Made by a program: the position numbers and the translations under genes. A stretch of 63,895 nt of DNA, the filler included, from Pelomyxa schiedti (lineage: Eukaryota > Protista > Evosea): NCBI GenBank assembly GCA_020536535.1. It is 20 parts of 20 records of this genome, joined end to end, with 100 filler letters (N's around TTAATTAATTAA, not from the genome) between each part and the next. Parts side by side here need not be neighbours in the genome. Positions count along the whole stretch, not along the records: positions 1 to 9,726 come from JAHLWZ010000572.1; positions 9,827 to 14,918 come from JAHLWZ010001525.1; 18 more parts are not named here. One strand, 5' to 3'. Under the pieces are notes generated by a model that searched no databases, was not told the DNA's origin, and saw only the letters and a program-made list of their open reading frames with translations. How positions within the stretch are numbered: the stretch's first letter is position 1; every line of letters begins with the position of its first letter. Below, in pieces: positions 1 to 10,261 of this stretch.

Positions 1-650
1 TATCGCACGCGCAGTTCCAGTTTCTCTGAGGATGGCTTGCAGTGACTTCTCCTTCAGTGTCAACAACAACGTCTGGGTCCGGCGATACACTGGTGTGTGT
101 TTGCTCGTGGAATGAACCAGATTTTTGAACAAAACATGTTCTGAAAACAGTTCCAACATGTTTGCGAAGTTCGTTTGCAAGTTTTTGTGCAAAGTTTGTT
201 TGGGAAGTAAAAAACCAAAAAAACCCAAAAACCCCAAGTGACGGGCGTTGGTATGTCGGTGCCACCTTCACATTTTTTTCTTATTTTATTTTTTGTAATT
301 GCCACATTGTTTGACCTCTGTGTTGTCTGTATTGCTTTGGAAACTGTTGTACAATGCCGTCCTTTCACTGTTGTCTGCACTGTTGGGTTCATCGACTCTA
401 CGATGATGGTGTCTGTGATTCTTGGCGATTGTGGTTTCACTGTTGTCACGATTGTTGCCATGACAGTAGCCAACAGTGCCTGCCATTTCCGTCGATCGTC
501 GCTGACATTGTCACCAATCGTTGCCAACATATTCTGCCTCCTTTTTTCGTGACTGTGATCCTTTTCTTTGATTATCCCACTCTTGATTGGCTTTGTTGTT
601 AGTTGCTTGTCACACTTTTGCGGACTCTGTGATAATCTATCATTGTATCC

Positions 651-2407
651 ATGTTGAGGAGAAGAAACAGTAGGACTATAAGTAAGACAAACCCTAAGGA
701 GGTTCAGATACCAGGTAATTATTTTTACTACTATGTCCGTCAAATAATGACTGTAGTCGACCCTGAACCTGTTAATCCAAGATGTTTTCACTGCACCCAC
801 CCAGTGCAAGTGGAGAAAAGAAAAATCCACAAGGTTTTTCCCTGTCTCTTCAAAAAACCTAACATATTAACAGCTACCTGGGGAACCAACTGGGAAATAA
901 ATATTCATGGTATGCAGAATGTCGTTGTAGTGGTCACTGCCGGAACCCATGTTTAGGTAATCAACACTAGTACTGAAGTGTGTAATTTTTAAGTTGCATC
1001 TAGAAAATGCACTTGTATTTGCAGTGATGAAACTAAAGAAGAATCTCACAGTGCATGGCCATGGAAGAAGTTTACCACATTGGGTCAAAAATGGCAAAAA
1101 AAACTGAATGAGGAAGATACTGAGGAAATCTTCAATGCCTCAGCTAGCAGTGACCCCAGGCAGCGAGATCTTGCAATGCATCATATGTTATTGAGGTCAG
1201 ATCTNNNNNNNNNNNNNNNNNNNNNNNNNNNNNNNNNNNNNNNNNNNNNNNNNNNNNNNNNNNNNNNNNNNNNNNNNNNNNNNNNNNNNNNNNNNNNNNN
1301 NNNNGCATCATATGTTATTGAGGTCAGATCTCCAGGATTCCCTGCGACAGCAATACCAAAGGCAACAATTTTCAGGTTGTTTTTGTTTCTTTTTCTTTAC
1401 AACTCATTACTAAACAGGAACAACAACATCACAATCGACAACAACTATGACTTCTGTGAGGAATGCAAGGCAAGGTGGATGTGACAGTGGAGGAAGAAGA
1501 AGAGACCCACAACAGGAAGAAAAGCAACAGGAAGATGACACTTCCAATGGAAACCCAGACCCAGAGTTGGACTTGCAGGACCAGGATGAGGATGACTCAG
1601 GTCTGAACCAAGGTTTATCATGCAGTAATCAACATCAAACTTATTTTCAAAAAGGTACCGATGCTCAGGAACCACCAATGAAAAAAGCCCGGGCACAGAT
1701 GCTTGATGCTTTGAAAAGTATTGTATTCTTTCACTTTTCATTATCTTCATGATGATCCACAGGCTGTTGGAGGCTGCTTCAACTTTCCGTCAGACTACAG
1801 GTGAACCAGATGGCTTTTTAAAAAGTGCTAATTCTCTAACAGGAGGAGATTTGTTCCACAGAATAGATACAAGTTTCCCCTCTCCATTATCCAAAACAGA
1901 CCTGCCCCCCTCAACACCAGGGGTAGCTATGTCAATGGAATCAGGAGTAGCAACAATCTCCAATCAGCTTCCTTTCAACCAAAACAGTGCTTCAAGTGTG
2001 CACATTAACCAAAATTTAACAAATACTTACACACCTGCCACAAATACTTCTGCACATGGAACATCTACTTTCGCACCTAAAACAATGGCACCAGCACCTG
2101 TCGCAAATACTTCCGCACCTGTAACAAACACATTCGCACCTGTTGTGAATACTTCAACACCGGGAATCCCTGTCAAATACTTCCATGCCTACAACACCTG
2201 GAAGTCATAGTGTGCACTTTTATGCCACTGCCACTGCAAGCTGCAAGTGACAAGCCAGGATAATGATGTTCCTCTCTATCTGGGTCAAGCATTTGACCCA
2301 TTTGATCCTTCTGCCCACCACCACCTCCACCAGGGCCTCCTACATACTCATTCCAAATTCCCCCTGGTTATGTGTTGGTACCTAACCCAACAACAAAAAC
2401 CACTTAA
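651..2407 (+). pseudogene. Cys-rich multi-exon transposon-associated gene, copy A (internal deletions, N gap)
   Basis: Colinear with copy C (5072-7140) but lacks segments equivalent to about 5410-5550, 6190-6325 and 6541-6643. Confidence 0.6.
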
Positions 2408-2449
2408 AAACTTTCTGTTTCCTTTAAACATTGTGCCAAAAGCACACTT

Positions 2450-2855
2450 TTCATAAGGTTGATAGACTTGTCCTGGAACAAAGTAATGACAGTGTGCTGC
2501 ATAGGCGGAAACCATTCTTCCTGTTATGTTTTCAGCTTCAGCATAAAGCCATGCCTCCAGATTGTGCTGGTTGATGAGTTTTGTGTTCTTACGGAGATTT
2601 TGCTTGATGGTACCAAAGCAGGTTTCTATCCAGGCAAAATCAGGAGAGCTGACAGGTCTGTGTAAAAATAAGAAAAAATGAAAAAATAATAAAAAGAACA
2701 GGAAGCCCACCTACGGACAAGTAGATGACCCTCACTTTCAACAAGCTCAAAGATGGACTTGTCTAAATGTGATTTGTGGTTATCCATCAGGCACACCCTG
2801 GGTCTTCCTCGAATTGCAGGAAGTAACAGTGTGGCAAGCCAACAATAAAAAACAT
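2450..2855 (-). pseudogene. 3' part of Tc1/IS630 DD34E transposase, copy A (cut by N gap)
   Basis: Encodes RVCLMDNHKSHLD...PVSSPDFAWIE and is nearly identical to 7200-7620. Confidence 0.8.
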
Positions 2856-3495
2856 NNNNNNNNNNNNNNNNNNNNNNNNNNNNNNNNNNNNNNNNNNNNN
2901 NNNNNNNNNNNNNNNNNNNNNNNNNNNNNNNNNNNNNNNNNNNNNNNNNNNNNNNACGGGGCGTGACTACCACAATGGGACGGCGACTCAACACTCTCGT
3001 GGGGCCGTTGACTTGGGGGTAGATGTGGTCACAGCATTCTCATTCTCTTGCTTTTTCGTTCCACCTGATGACTTCGGCTGGGAAGTAAAAAAACCAAAAA
3101 CCCCAAGTGCCGGGGCGTTTGTATGTCATTGCCACCTTCACATTTTTTCTGAGTCAGCTTCACGAAGTAGCTCCAGTTCCATACAAAAAACTGTACCAAG
3201 GTCAGAGAGTGGCACTGCTTTGGCCTCTCAATCCCACTCTGGTTCACGAAGTGGCTCTAGCTATAGACGTGGATCAGGCTCAAGAATTTGTGGTTTCACT
3301 GTTGCCACGATTGTTGCCACGACAGTAGCCAACAGTGCCCGCCATTTCCGTCGATCGTCGCCGACATTGTCACCAATCGTCGCCAACATATCGTGACTGT
3401 GATCCTTTGCTTTGACTATCCCGCTCTTGATTGGCTTTGTTGTTAGTTGCTTGTCACACTTTCGCGGACTCTGTGATAATCCCTCAATTGTATCC

Positions 3496-4930
3496 ATGTC
3501 GAGGAGAAGAAACGGTAGGACTATAAGTAAGACAAACCCTAAGGAGGTTCAGATACCAGGTAATTATTTTTACTACTATGTAAAAACCTTCAAATAATGA
3601 CTGTAGTCGACCCTGAACCTGTTAATCCAAGATGTTTTCACTGCACCCACCCAGTGCAAGTGGAAAAAAGAAAAATCCGCAAGGTTTTTCCCTGTCTCTT
3701 CAAAAAACCATGTTTAGGTAATCAACACCAGTACTGAAGTGTGTAATTGACAGTAATTTTTATAGGGTGTGATGACTGACTGTGGACTTGGGTTACTGTG
3801 CATGCAATCGAGACCAACAAACATGTAGTATTTGTGGCAAAGGTTTTTGCTCTAACTGCCCGTATGAACACACTTTTTCTTTTTATTTTTAAGTTGTGTC
3901 TAGAAAAATGCACTTGTATTTGCAGTGATGAAACTGAAGAAGAATCTCACAGTGCATGGCCATGGAAGAAGTTTACCACATTGAGTGTCAAAAATGGCAA
4001 AAAAAAACTGAATGAGGAAGATACTGAGGAAATCTTCAATGCCTCAGCTAGAAGTGACCCCCAGCAGTGCGATTTTGCAATGCATCATATGTTATTGAGG
4101 TCAGATCTCCAGGATTCCCTGCGACAGCAATACCAAAGGCAACAATTTTCAGGTTGTTTTTGTTTCTTTTTCTTTACAACTCATTACTAAACAGGAACAA
4201 CATCATCACAATCGACAACAACTATGACTTCTGTGAGGAATGCAAGGCAAGGTGGATGTGACAGTGGAGGAAGAAGAAGAGACCCACAAGTGGAAGAAAA
4301 GCAACAGGAAGATGACACTTCTGATGGAAACCCAGACCCAGAGTTGGAGTTGCTAGACCAGGATGAGGATGACCAAGACTCAGGTCTGAACCAAGGTTTA
4401 TCATGCAGTAATCAACATCAAACTTATTTTAAAAAAGGTACTGATGCTCAGGAACCACCAATGAAAAAAGCCCGGGCACAGATGCTTGATGCTTTGAAAA
4501 GTATTGTATTCTTTCACTTTTCATTATCTTCATGGTGTTTCAGAATTCATTCTTTACATGACACCATTATGTGAGAGTACTGATACAACCAAAGCAGTCC
4601 TTTCTTTTTTGGTTTCTGTCATGCAGGCTTATGAAGGCACAGTTTTCTATCAACAGTCTAATGACATGATGATCCACAGGCTGTTGGAGGCTGCTTCAAC
4701 TTTCCGTCAGACTACAGGTGAACTAGATGGCTTTTTAAGAAGTGCTAATTCTCTAACAGGAGGAGATTTGTTCCACAGAATAGATACAAGTTTACCTTCT
4801 CCATTATCCAAAACAGACCTGCCCCCCTCAACACCAGGGGTAGCTATGTCAATGGAATTCAGGAGTAGCAACAATCTCCAAAAGTGGACTCACAGCAACA
4901 GCACTGGGGAATAATCTAGCAGTAACCACT
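3496..4930 (+). pseudogene. Cys-rich transposon-associated gene, copy B (3'-truncated at a rearranged junction)
   Basis: Colinear with 5072-6590 and ends in the mosaic junction at 4930-5021. Confidence 0.6.
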
Positions 4931-5071
4931 TAAATCAAGTGTGCACCAGCACCTGTCGCAAATACTTCCGCACCTGTCACATCCACCTTGCCTTGCATTC
5001 CTCACAGAAGTCATAGTTGTTAGTTGCTTGTCACACTTTCGCGGACTCTGTGATAATCTATCATTGCATCC

Positions 5072-7140
5072 ATGTCGAGGAGAAGAAACAGTAGGACTAT
5101 AAGTAAGACAAACCCTAAGGAGGTTCATATACCAGGTAATTATTTTTACTACTATGCAAAAACCTTCAAATAATGACTGCAGTCGACCCTGAACCTGTTA
5201 ATCCAAGATGTTTTCACTGCACCCACCCAGTGCAAGTGGAAAAAAGAAAAATCCACAAGGTTTTTCCCTGTCTCTTCAAAAAACCTAACATATTAACAGC
5301 TCCCTGGTGAACCAACTGGGAAATATTCATGGTATGCAGAATGTCGTTGTAGTGGTCACTGCCGGAACCCATGTTTAGGTAATCAACACGAGTACTGAAG
5401 TGTGTAATTGACAGTAATTTTTATAGGGTGTGATGACTGTGTGGACTTGGGTTACTGTGCATGCAAGAAACAAAATCGAGACCAACAAACATGTAGTATT
5501 TGTGGCAAAGGTTTTTGCTCTAACTGCCCGTATGAACACACTTTTTCTTTTTATTTTTAAGTTGCATCTAGAAAATGCACTTGTATTTGCAGTGATGAAA
5601 CTAAAGAAGAATCTCACAGTGCATGGCCATGGAAGAAGTTTACCACATTGAGTCAAAAATGGCAAAAAAAACTGAATGAGGAAGATACTGAGGAAATCTT
5701 CAATGCCTCAGCTAGCAGTGACCCCAGGCAGCGAGATCTTGCAATGCATCATATGTTATTGAGGTCAGATCTCCAGGATTCCCTGTGACAGCAATACCAA
5801 AGGCAACAATTTTCAGGTTATTTTTGTTTCTTTTTCTTTACAACTCATTACTAAACAGGAACAACAACATCACAATCAACTATGACTTCTGTGAGGAATG
5901 CAAGGCAAGGTGGATGTGACAGTGGAGGAAGAAGAAGAGACCCACAACAGGAAGAAACGCAACAGGAAGATGACACTTCTGATGGAAACCCAGACCCAGA
6001 GTTGGACTTGCCAGACCAGGATGAGGATGACCAAGACTCAGGTCTGAACCAAGGTTTATCATGCAGTAATCAACATCAAACTTATTTTAAAAAAGGTACC
6101 GATGCTCGGGAACCACCAATGAAAAAAGCCCGGGCACAGATGCTTGATGCTTTGAAAAGTATTGTATTCTTCCACTTTTCATTATCTTCATGGTGTTTCA
6201 GAATTCATTCTTTACACGACACCATTATGTGAGAGTACTGATACAACCAAAGCAGTCCTTTCTTTTTTGGTTTCTGTCATGCAGGCTTATGAAGGCACAG
6301 TTTTCTATCAACAACAGTCTAATGACATGATGATCCACAGGCTGTTGGAGGCTGCTTCAACTTTCCGTCAGACTACAGGTGAACCAGATGGCTTTTTAAA
6401 AAGTGTTAATTCTCTAACAGGAGGAGATTTGTTCCACAGAATAGATACAAGTTTCCCTTCTCCATTATCCAAAACAGACCTGCCCCCCTCAACACCAGGG
6501 GTAGCTATGTCAATGGAATCAGGAGTAGCAACAATCTCCAAAAGTGGACTCACAGCAACAGCACTGGGGAATAATCTAGCAGTAACCACTGGAATCAAAG
6601 CAATAGGGAATGGGTCTTCTACAGAAGTTACTAATGGACTAACCAATCAGCTTCCTTTCAATCAAAACAGTGCTTCAAGTGTGCACATTAACCAAAATTT
6701 AACAAATACTTACACACCTGCCACAAATACTTCCGCACATGGAACATCTACTTCCACACCTAAAACAATGGCACCAGCACCTGTCACAAATACTTCCGCA
6801 TCTGTAACAAATACATTCGCACCTGTAACAAATACATTCGCACCTGTTGTGAATACTTCAACACCGGGAATCCCTGTCACAAATACTTCCATGCCTACAA
6901 CACCTGGAAGTAATATTGTGCACTTTGTTGCCACTGCCACTGCCACTGCAGCTGCGTGACAGGACAAGCCAGGATAATGATGATGTTCCTCTCTATCTGG
7001 GTCAAGCATTTGACCCATTTGATCCTTCTGTGTTTATTAATGACTGCCCACCACCACCTCCACCAGGGCCTCCTACACACTCATTCCAAATTCCCCCTGG
7101 TTATGTATTGGTACCTAACCCAACAACAAAAACCACTTAA
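5072..7140 (+). pseudogene. Cys-rich (CxC/Zn-cluster-like) protein with acidic and Thr/Pro-rich C-terminal half, copy C (most complete; frameshifted)
   Basis: Spliced reading MSRRRN...EVQIP | VDPEPVNPRCFHCTHP | YAECRCSGHCRNPCL | GCDDCGLGYCAC...CSICGKGFCSNC | KCTCIC, followed by ORF 6162-6959 and a final exon ending at 7140. GT-AG boundaries are visible. Confidence 0.6.
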
Positions 7141-7198
7141 GAACTAGAAAAACTTTCTGTTTCCTTTAAACATTGTGCCAAAAGCACACACACACTTT

Positions 7199-8351
7199 TC
7201 ATATGAAAAGTTGATAGACTTGTCCTGGAACAAAGTAATGACAGTGTGCTGCATAGGCGGAAACCATACTTCCTGTTATGTTTTCAGCTTCAGCATAAAG
7301 CCATGCAATGCCTCCAGATTGTTGGTTGATGAGTTTTGTGTTCTTACGGAGATTTTGCTTGATGGTACCAAAGCAGGTTTCTATCCAGGCAAAATCAGGA
7401 GAGCTGACAGGTCTGTGTAAAAATAAGAAAAAAATGAAAAAATAAATAAAAAGAACAAAAAGAACAGGAAGCCCACCTACGGACAAGTAGATGACCCTCC
7501 CTTTCAACAAGCTCAAAGATGGACTTGTCTAAATGTGATTTGTGGTTATCCATCAGGCACACCCTGGGTCTTCCTCGAATTGCAGGAAGTAACAGTGTGG
7601 CAAGCCAACAATAAAAAACATGCACATTGAAACTCTCTGAGAAGACAAAAGGGGCAATCACCCCAACATTGATATCTGCAGCCATGATCAAATTAAGCCT
7701 TTTGGAGGCAGATGGCTGTATGTGAGGAGTTAGGCAATCCCGGAAGTAGGAAACTGAAGATGCCTGACAATTTTGACACGGACAGACTCCCCAGGTAATG
7801 AATGTCCTTGCCTTCTGCATGTTGATTTCAAGTCACAGCCCATTTCATCCATATCGAGCATGCAATCCACTGGGACATCACATATCCTTCAGGGACTTGG
7901 TATTAGGTTATCGGGTGCAACCACCATATGATTCTAGAGCCCTAGGGAAACAACTACTATGTGAGATAGACGAAAATCAAAGAAAAAAAAAACCCTAGCA
8001 CCTCATTTTCAGAGCTGATTTTCTTTTTAGTTATATAGCACAACTTGAATCCTAGGTTTTTTTGTTGCTCATGAAATATCTGTGACACTTGATCATTGTT
8101 ACAATTAAATTATAGAAGAAGGAACAAAATTTGAATAGCATTCAAGTCTTTGCCAACAGAAATTCGATTTGTTCACCTCTAGTGGAAGACCCTTCTTTAC
8201 AAATAAATTCTTTCAACATACATAGAACCTCTGGTGACATCTTTGTTGGCCGACCTCCTCCATGTCGGGGTCTTTTCTTATATTCATATACAGTAGAAAG
8301 AGCCACCCCTTCTTCAAAGGCCACTTGTTGTGCATTCTCGTTGTGGTCCAT
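7199..8351 (-). pseudogene. Intron-containing Tc1/IS630-family DD34E transposase
   Basis: N-terminal HTH (VALSTVYEYKKRPRHGGGRPTKMS); D1 in MLDMDEMG...RRQGHSLPGE (~7847); D2 in CLMDNHKSH. After removing intron 7413-7476 the frame reads LVRRPVSSPDFAWIE, giving exactly 34 residues between D2 and E. In-frame TGA at 8069-8071 and 7889-7891. Confidence 0.9.
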
Positions 8352-9012
8352 TCACTGAGAAGACAGTGACAGGTTAAGTCGAAAAGATCTTTGCAGGTGC
8401 CGAAAGGATCGCCACAAGTATCGATATCAGTCGAAATATTGTCGCTAAAACTATCGCGAGTGCCGATAAATGCCGGAAAGATCGCGACCAATCCACCCCC
8501 ACAGTCTGGACTGAATGCCACAAGCCACAAATATACTGTTGTAAGGAATGACGAAAAAAAATGAGGAAAACATTTGTGGAGGTACTAATATGGCAAATAA
8601 CAACATGCCACAGTCACAACGAGCCACACAATACACCCCACACACAACCCGACCGATCTTCCTTTTTTTCTTTTCCCCGATCACAACTTTGTTTGTGAAA
8701 CTCGCTTGCAAAGCCATTGGTGTGCAAGCCATTTTTTTTCAAGGTGCAGTGGCACCCTCAACGCAACTCACCCAAGAATCTTCCAAAAACACATGATGAT
8801 TCACAACACCCAACAGTGAAACCAGGAAAAAAACCCCAAACTGAATGTGAAGCACAGGGGGTGTAGAAACCCCCCACAAGCTGGGAAAAAGGGTATGTCT
8901 CACAAACAGGAAGCCTGGTATTAAGGCAAAAGCCTGACTGGGTTGGCAAGCGCTTAAAAACTGTTCCCAACTCTTTGCCAAAGAAAATGAAAATACAAAA
9001 AAATTTCGTCGA

Positions 9013-9726
9013 ATGGGCAACGCGCCACCGTCGACGCCTCCTTCAGGGACGCCGCTAAAGCGGGGAGCGGGAGCAGATCCGAAGACGAAGACCACCGGCC
9101 CCGGCCCCCGGCTGAGGATCGGGGACCGCGTGTGCATGTGCTTCCCGCTGCGGCTGACTCATTACGCCCTCCTCGTGGAGTTGTTCCTGAGGGCATCGGG
9201 TTTCAAGTCCATCAACAGAGCACTTTCAGATGGCGGAGGAACCAGTATGAGGAAGAATAATAATAATAATAAAAATACTAATGCTGCTGCTGCTGCTGCG
9301 GAGTTTGACTTTGCGGTTGCTGTTGTGGACAAGGGGGAACTCAGAACATATAATTTGGCTAAATCCAAGGTGGGAGTGGGACAACTGCCGGAACGATTGG
9401 CGTCAGTTCACGTTGCTGTTGTATCTATTTCCAAGGGTTGTGACGTGGAACCAGGTACTTTGGAGTTGCTGCTTCAGCCGGTTACAAGTGTGGATACACT
9501 CACGAGCATGATTATTGCAAAACTTGTGATTCCCATCGCATTCCAGGAGTTGGCTAACGTTATACAAGGCGGGTGGTCGTCGCCTTATGTGGCTGGTGTT
9601 CTGGATCGATGCGACGGTGCCTGGCCCACGCCAAGTGGAAAAGATTTCAATGGGATGGCAGCGCTATTTATGTTTGTTTTTTCTGAAGCAATCAAAGCGA
9701 TTCCTGGGGGGAAATTTGTGCACTAC
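9013..9726 (+). CDS. Hypothetical protein, 3'-partial; MGN start suggests possible N-myristoylation
   Basis: Uninterrupted ORF from an ATG after an A-rich leader to the contig end. Confidence 0.6.
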
Positions 9727-9826
9727 NNNNNNNNNNNNNNNNNNNNNNNNNNNNNNNNNNNNNNNNNNNNTTAATTAATTAANNNNNNNNNNNNNNNNNN
9801 NNNNNNNNNNNNNNNNNNNNNNNNNN
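9727..9826. other. Artificial contig-join spacer (N-run + TTAATTAATTAA + N-run). Same spacer at ~14963, 26757, 28274, 30482, 32807, 33919, 35922, 37625, 44133, 47050, 49016, 51973, 53177, 54300, 56710, 57911, 61278 and 62449
   Basis: Identical 12-mer with stops in all six frames, centred in N padding each time. Confidence 0.98.
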
Positions 9827-10261
9827 AACATGGACTTCCCTGGCGGCACCCTCACGGTCTCGGGCAACAGCGCCATCACCTGCAGCAGTATCAGATGTGA
9901 CCGGATAGTTATTGGTGAATGAGGGAGCCAGTGGCTCTGTAAGAAGGCTGTCACGCGACCGCACATTAACTCGTCCACAAGACTAAAATAAAACCTGGTC
10001 ATTCTTATTCTTTTCTTACGGCTGACCATCGTTGGTTGGCACAAACTTTGCTGGTGTGGAAACCATCATCAAAAAACGAAGCTTTTTCTGGTAATCAGTA
10101 TCTGTAATCAACCGGGGAAGTCATCACTTTCACCGCCCAATTCACCTGTCTCTTGATGTGAACCTTGGTCACGCCACCACATGCATGTGGCAGCCAGAAT
10201 AATAATACTGTGTACACACCGGAGTTCCAAGAAAAACGCTCTATATCAAAATCAAAGAAGC

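Larger units (their letters stand above)
201..8351. mobile_element. Tandem array of three diverged, partly deleted copies of a two-gene Tc1/IS630-like element (Cys-rich gene + transposase)
   Basis: The same blocks recur: 'gacagtagccaacagtgcc' at ~462 and ~3321; 'gactataagtaagacaaaccctaaggagg' at ~674, 3519 and 5095; the transposase 3' part at 2450-2855 and 7200-7620. Element termini were not identified. Confidence 0.75.

Noticed and set aside
60-830. 256-aa minus-strand ORF and other antisense shadow ORFs
   Set aside because: No recognisable motifs, it overlaps the + strand spliced gene, and it is not preserved as one ORF in the other repeat copies.
7889-8071. In-frame TGA codons as evidence of a variant genetic code or selenocysteine
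   Set aside because: They fall where Arg fits (CGA->TGA) in a decaying transposon, and intact genes here use TGA as stop (e.g. 42770, 59615).
201-8900. Fanzor/TnpB cargo or terminal inverted repeats for the Tc1-like element
   Set aside because: No RuvC motifs are visible in the partner gene, and I could not find convincing TIRs by eye.
9771-9782. Recurrent TTAATTAATTAA as a biological motif
   Set aside because: Always centred in N padding; it is an artificial contig linker.
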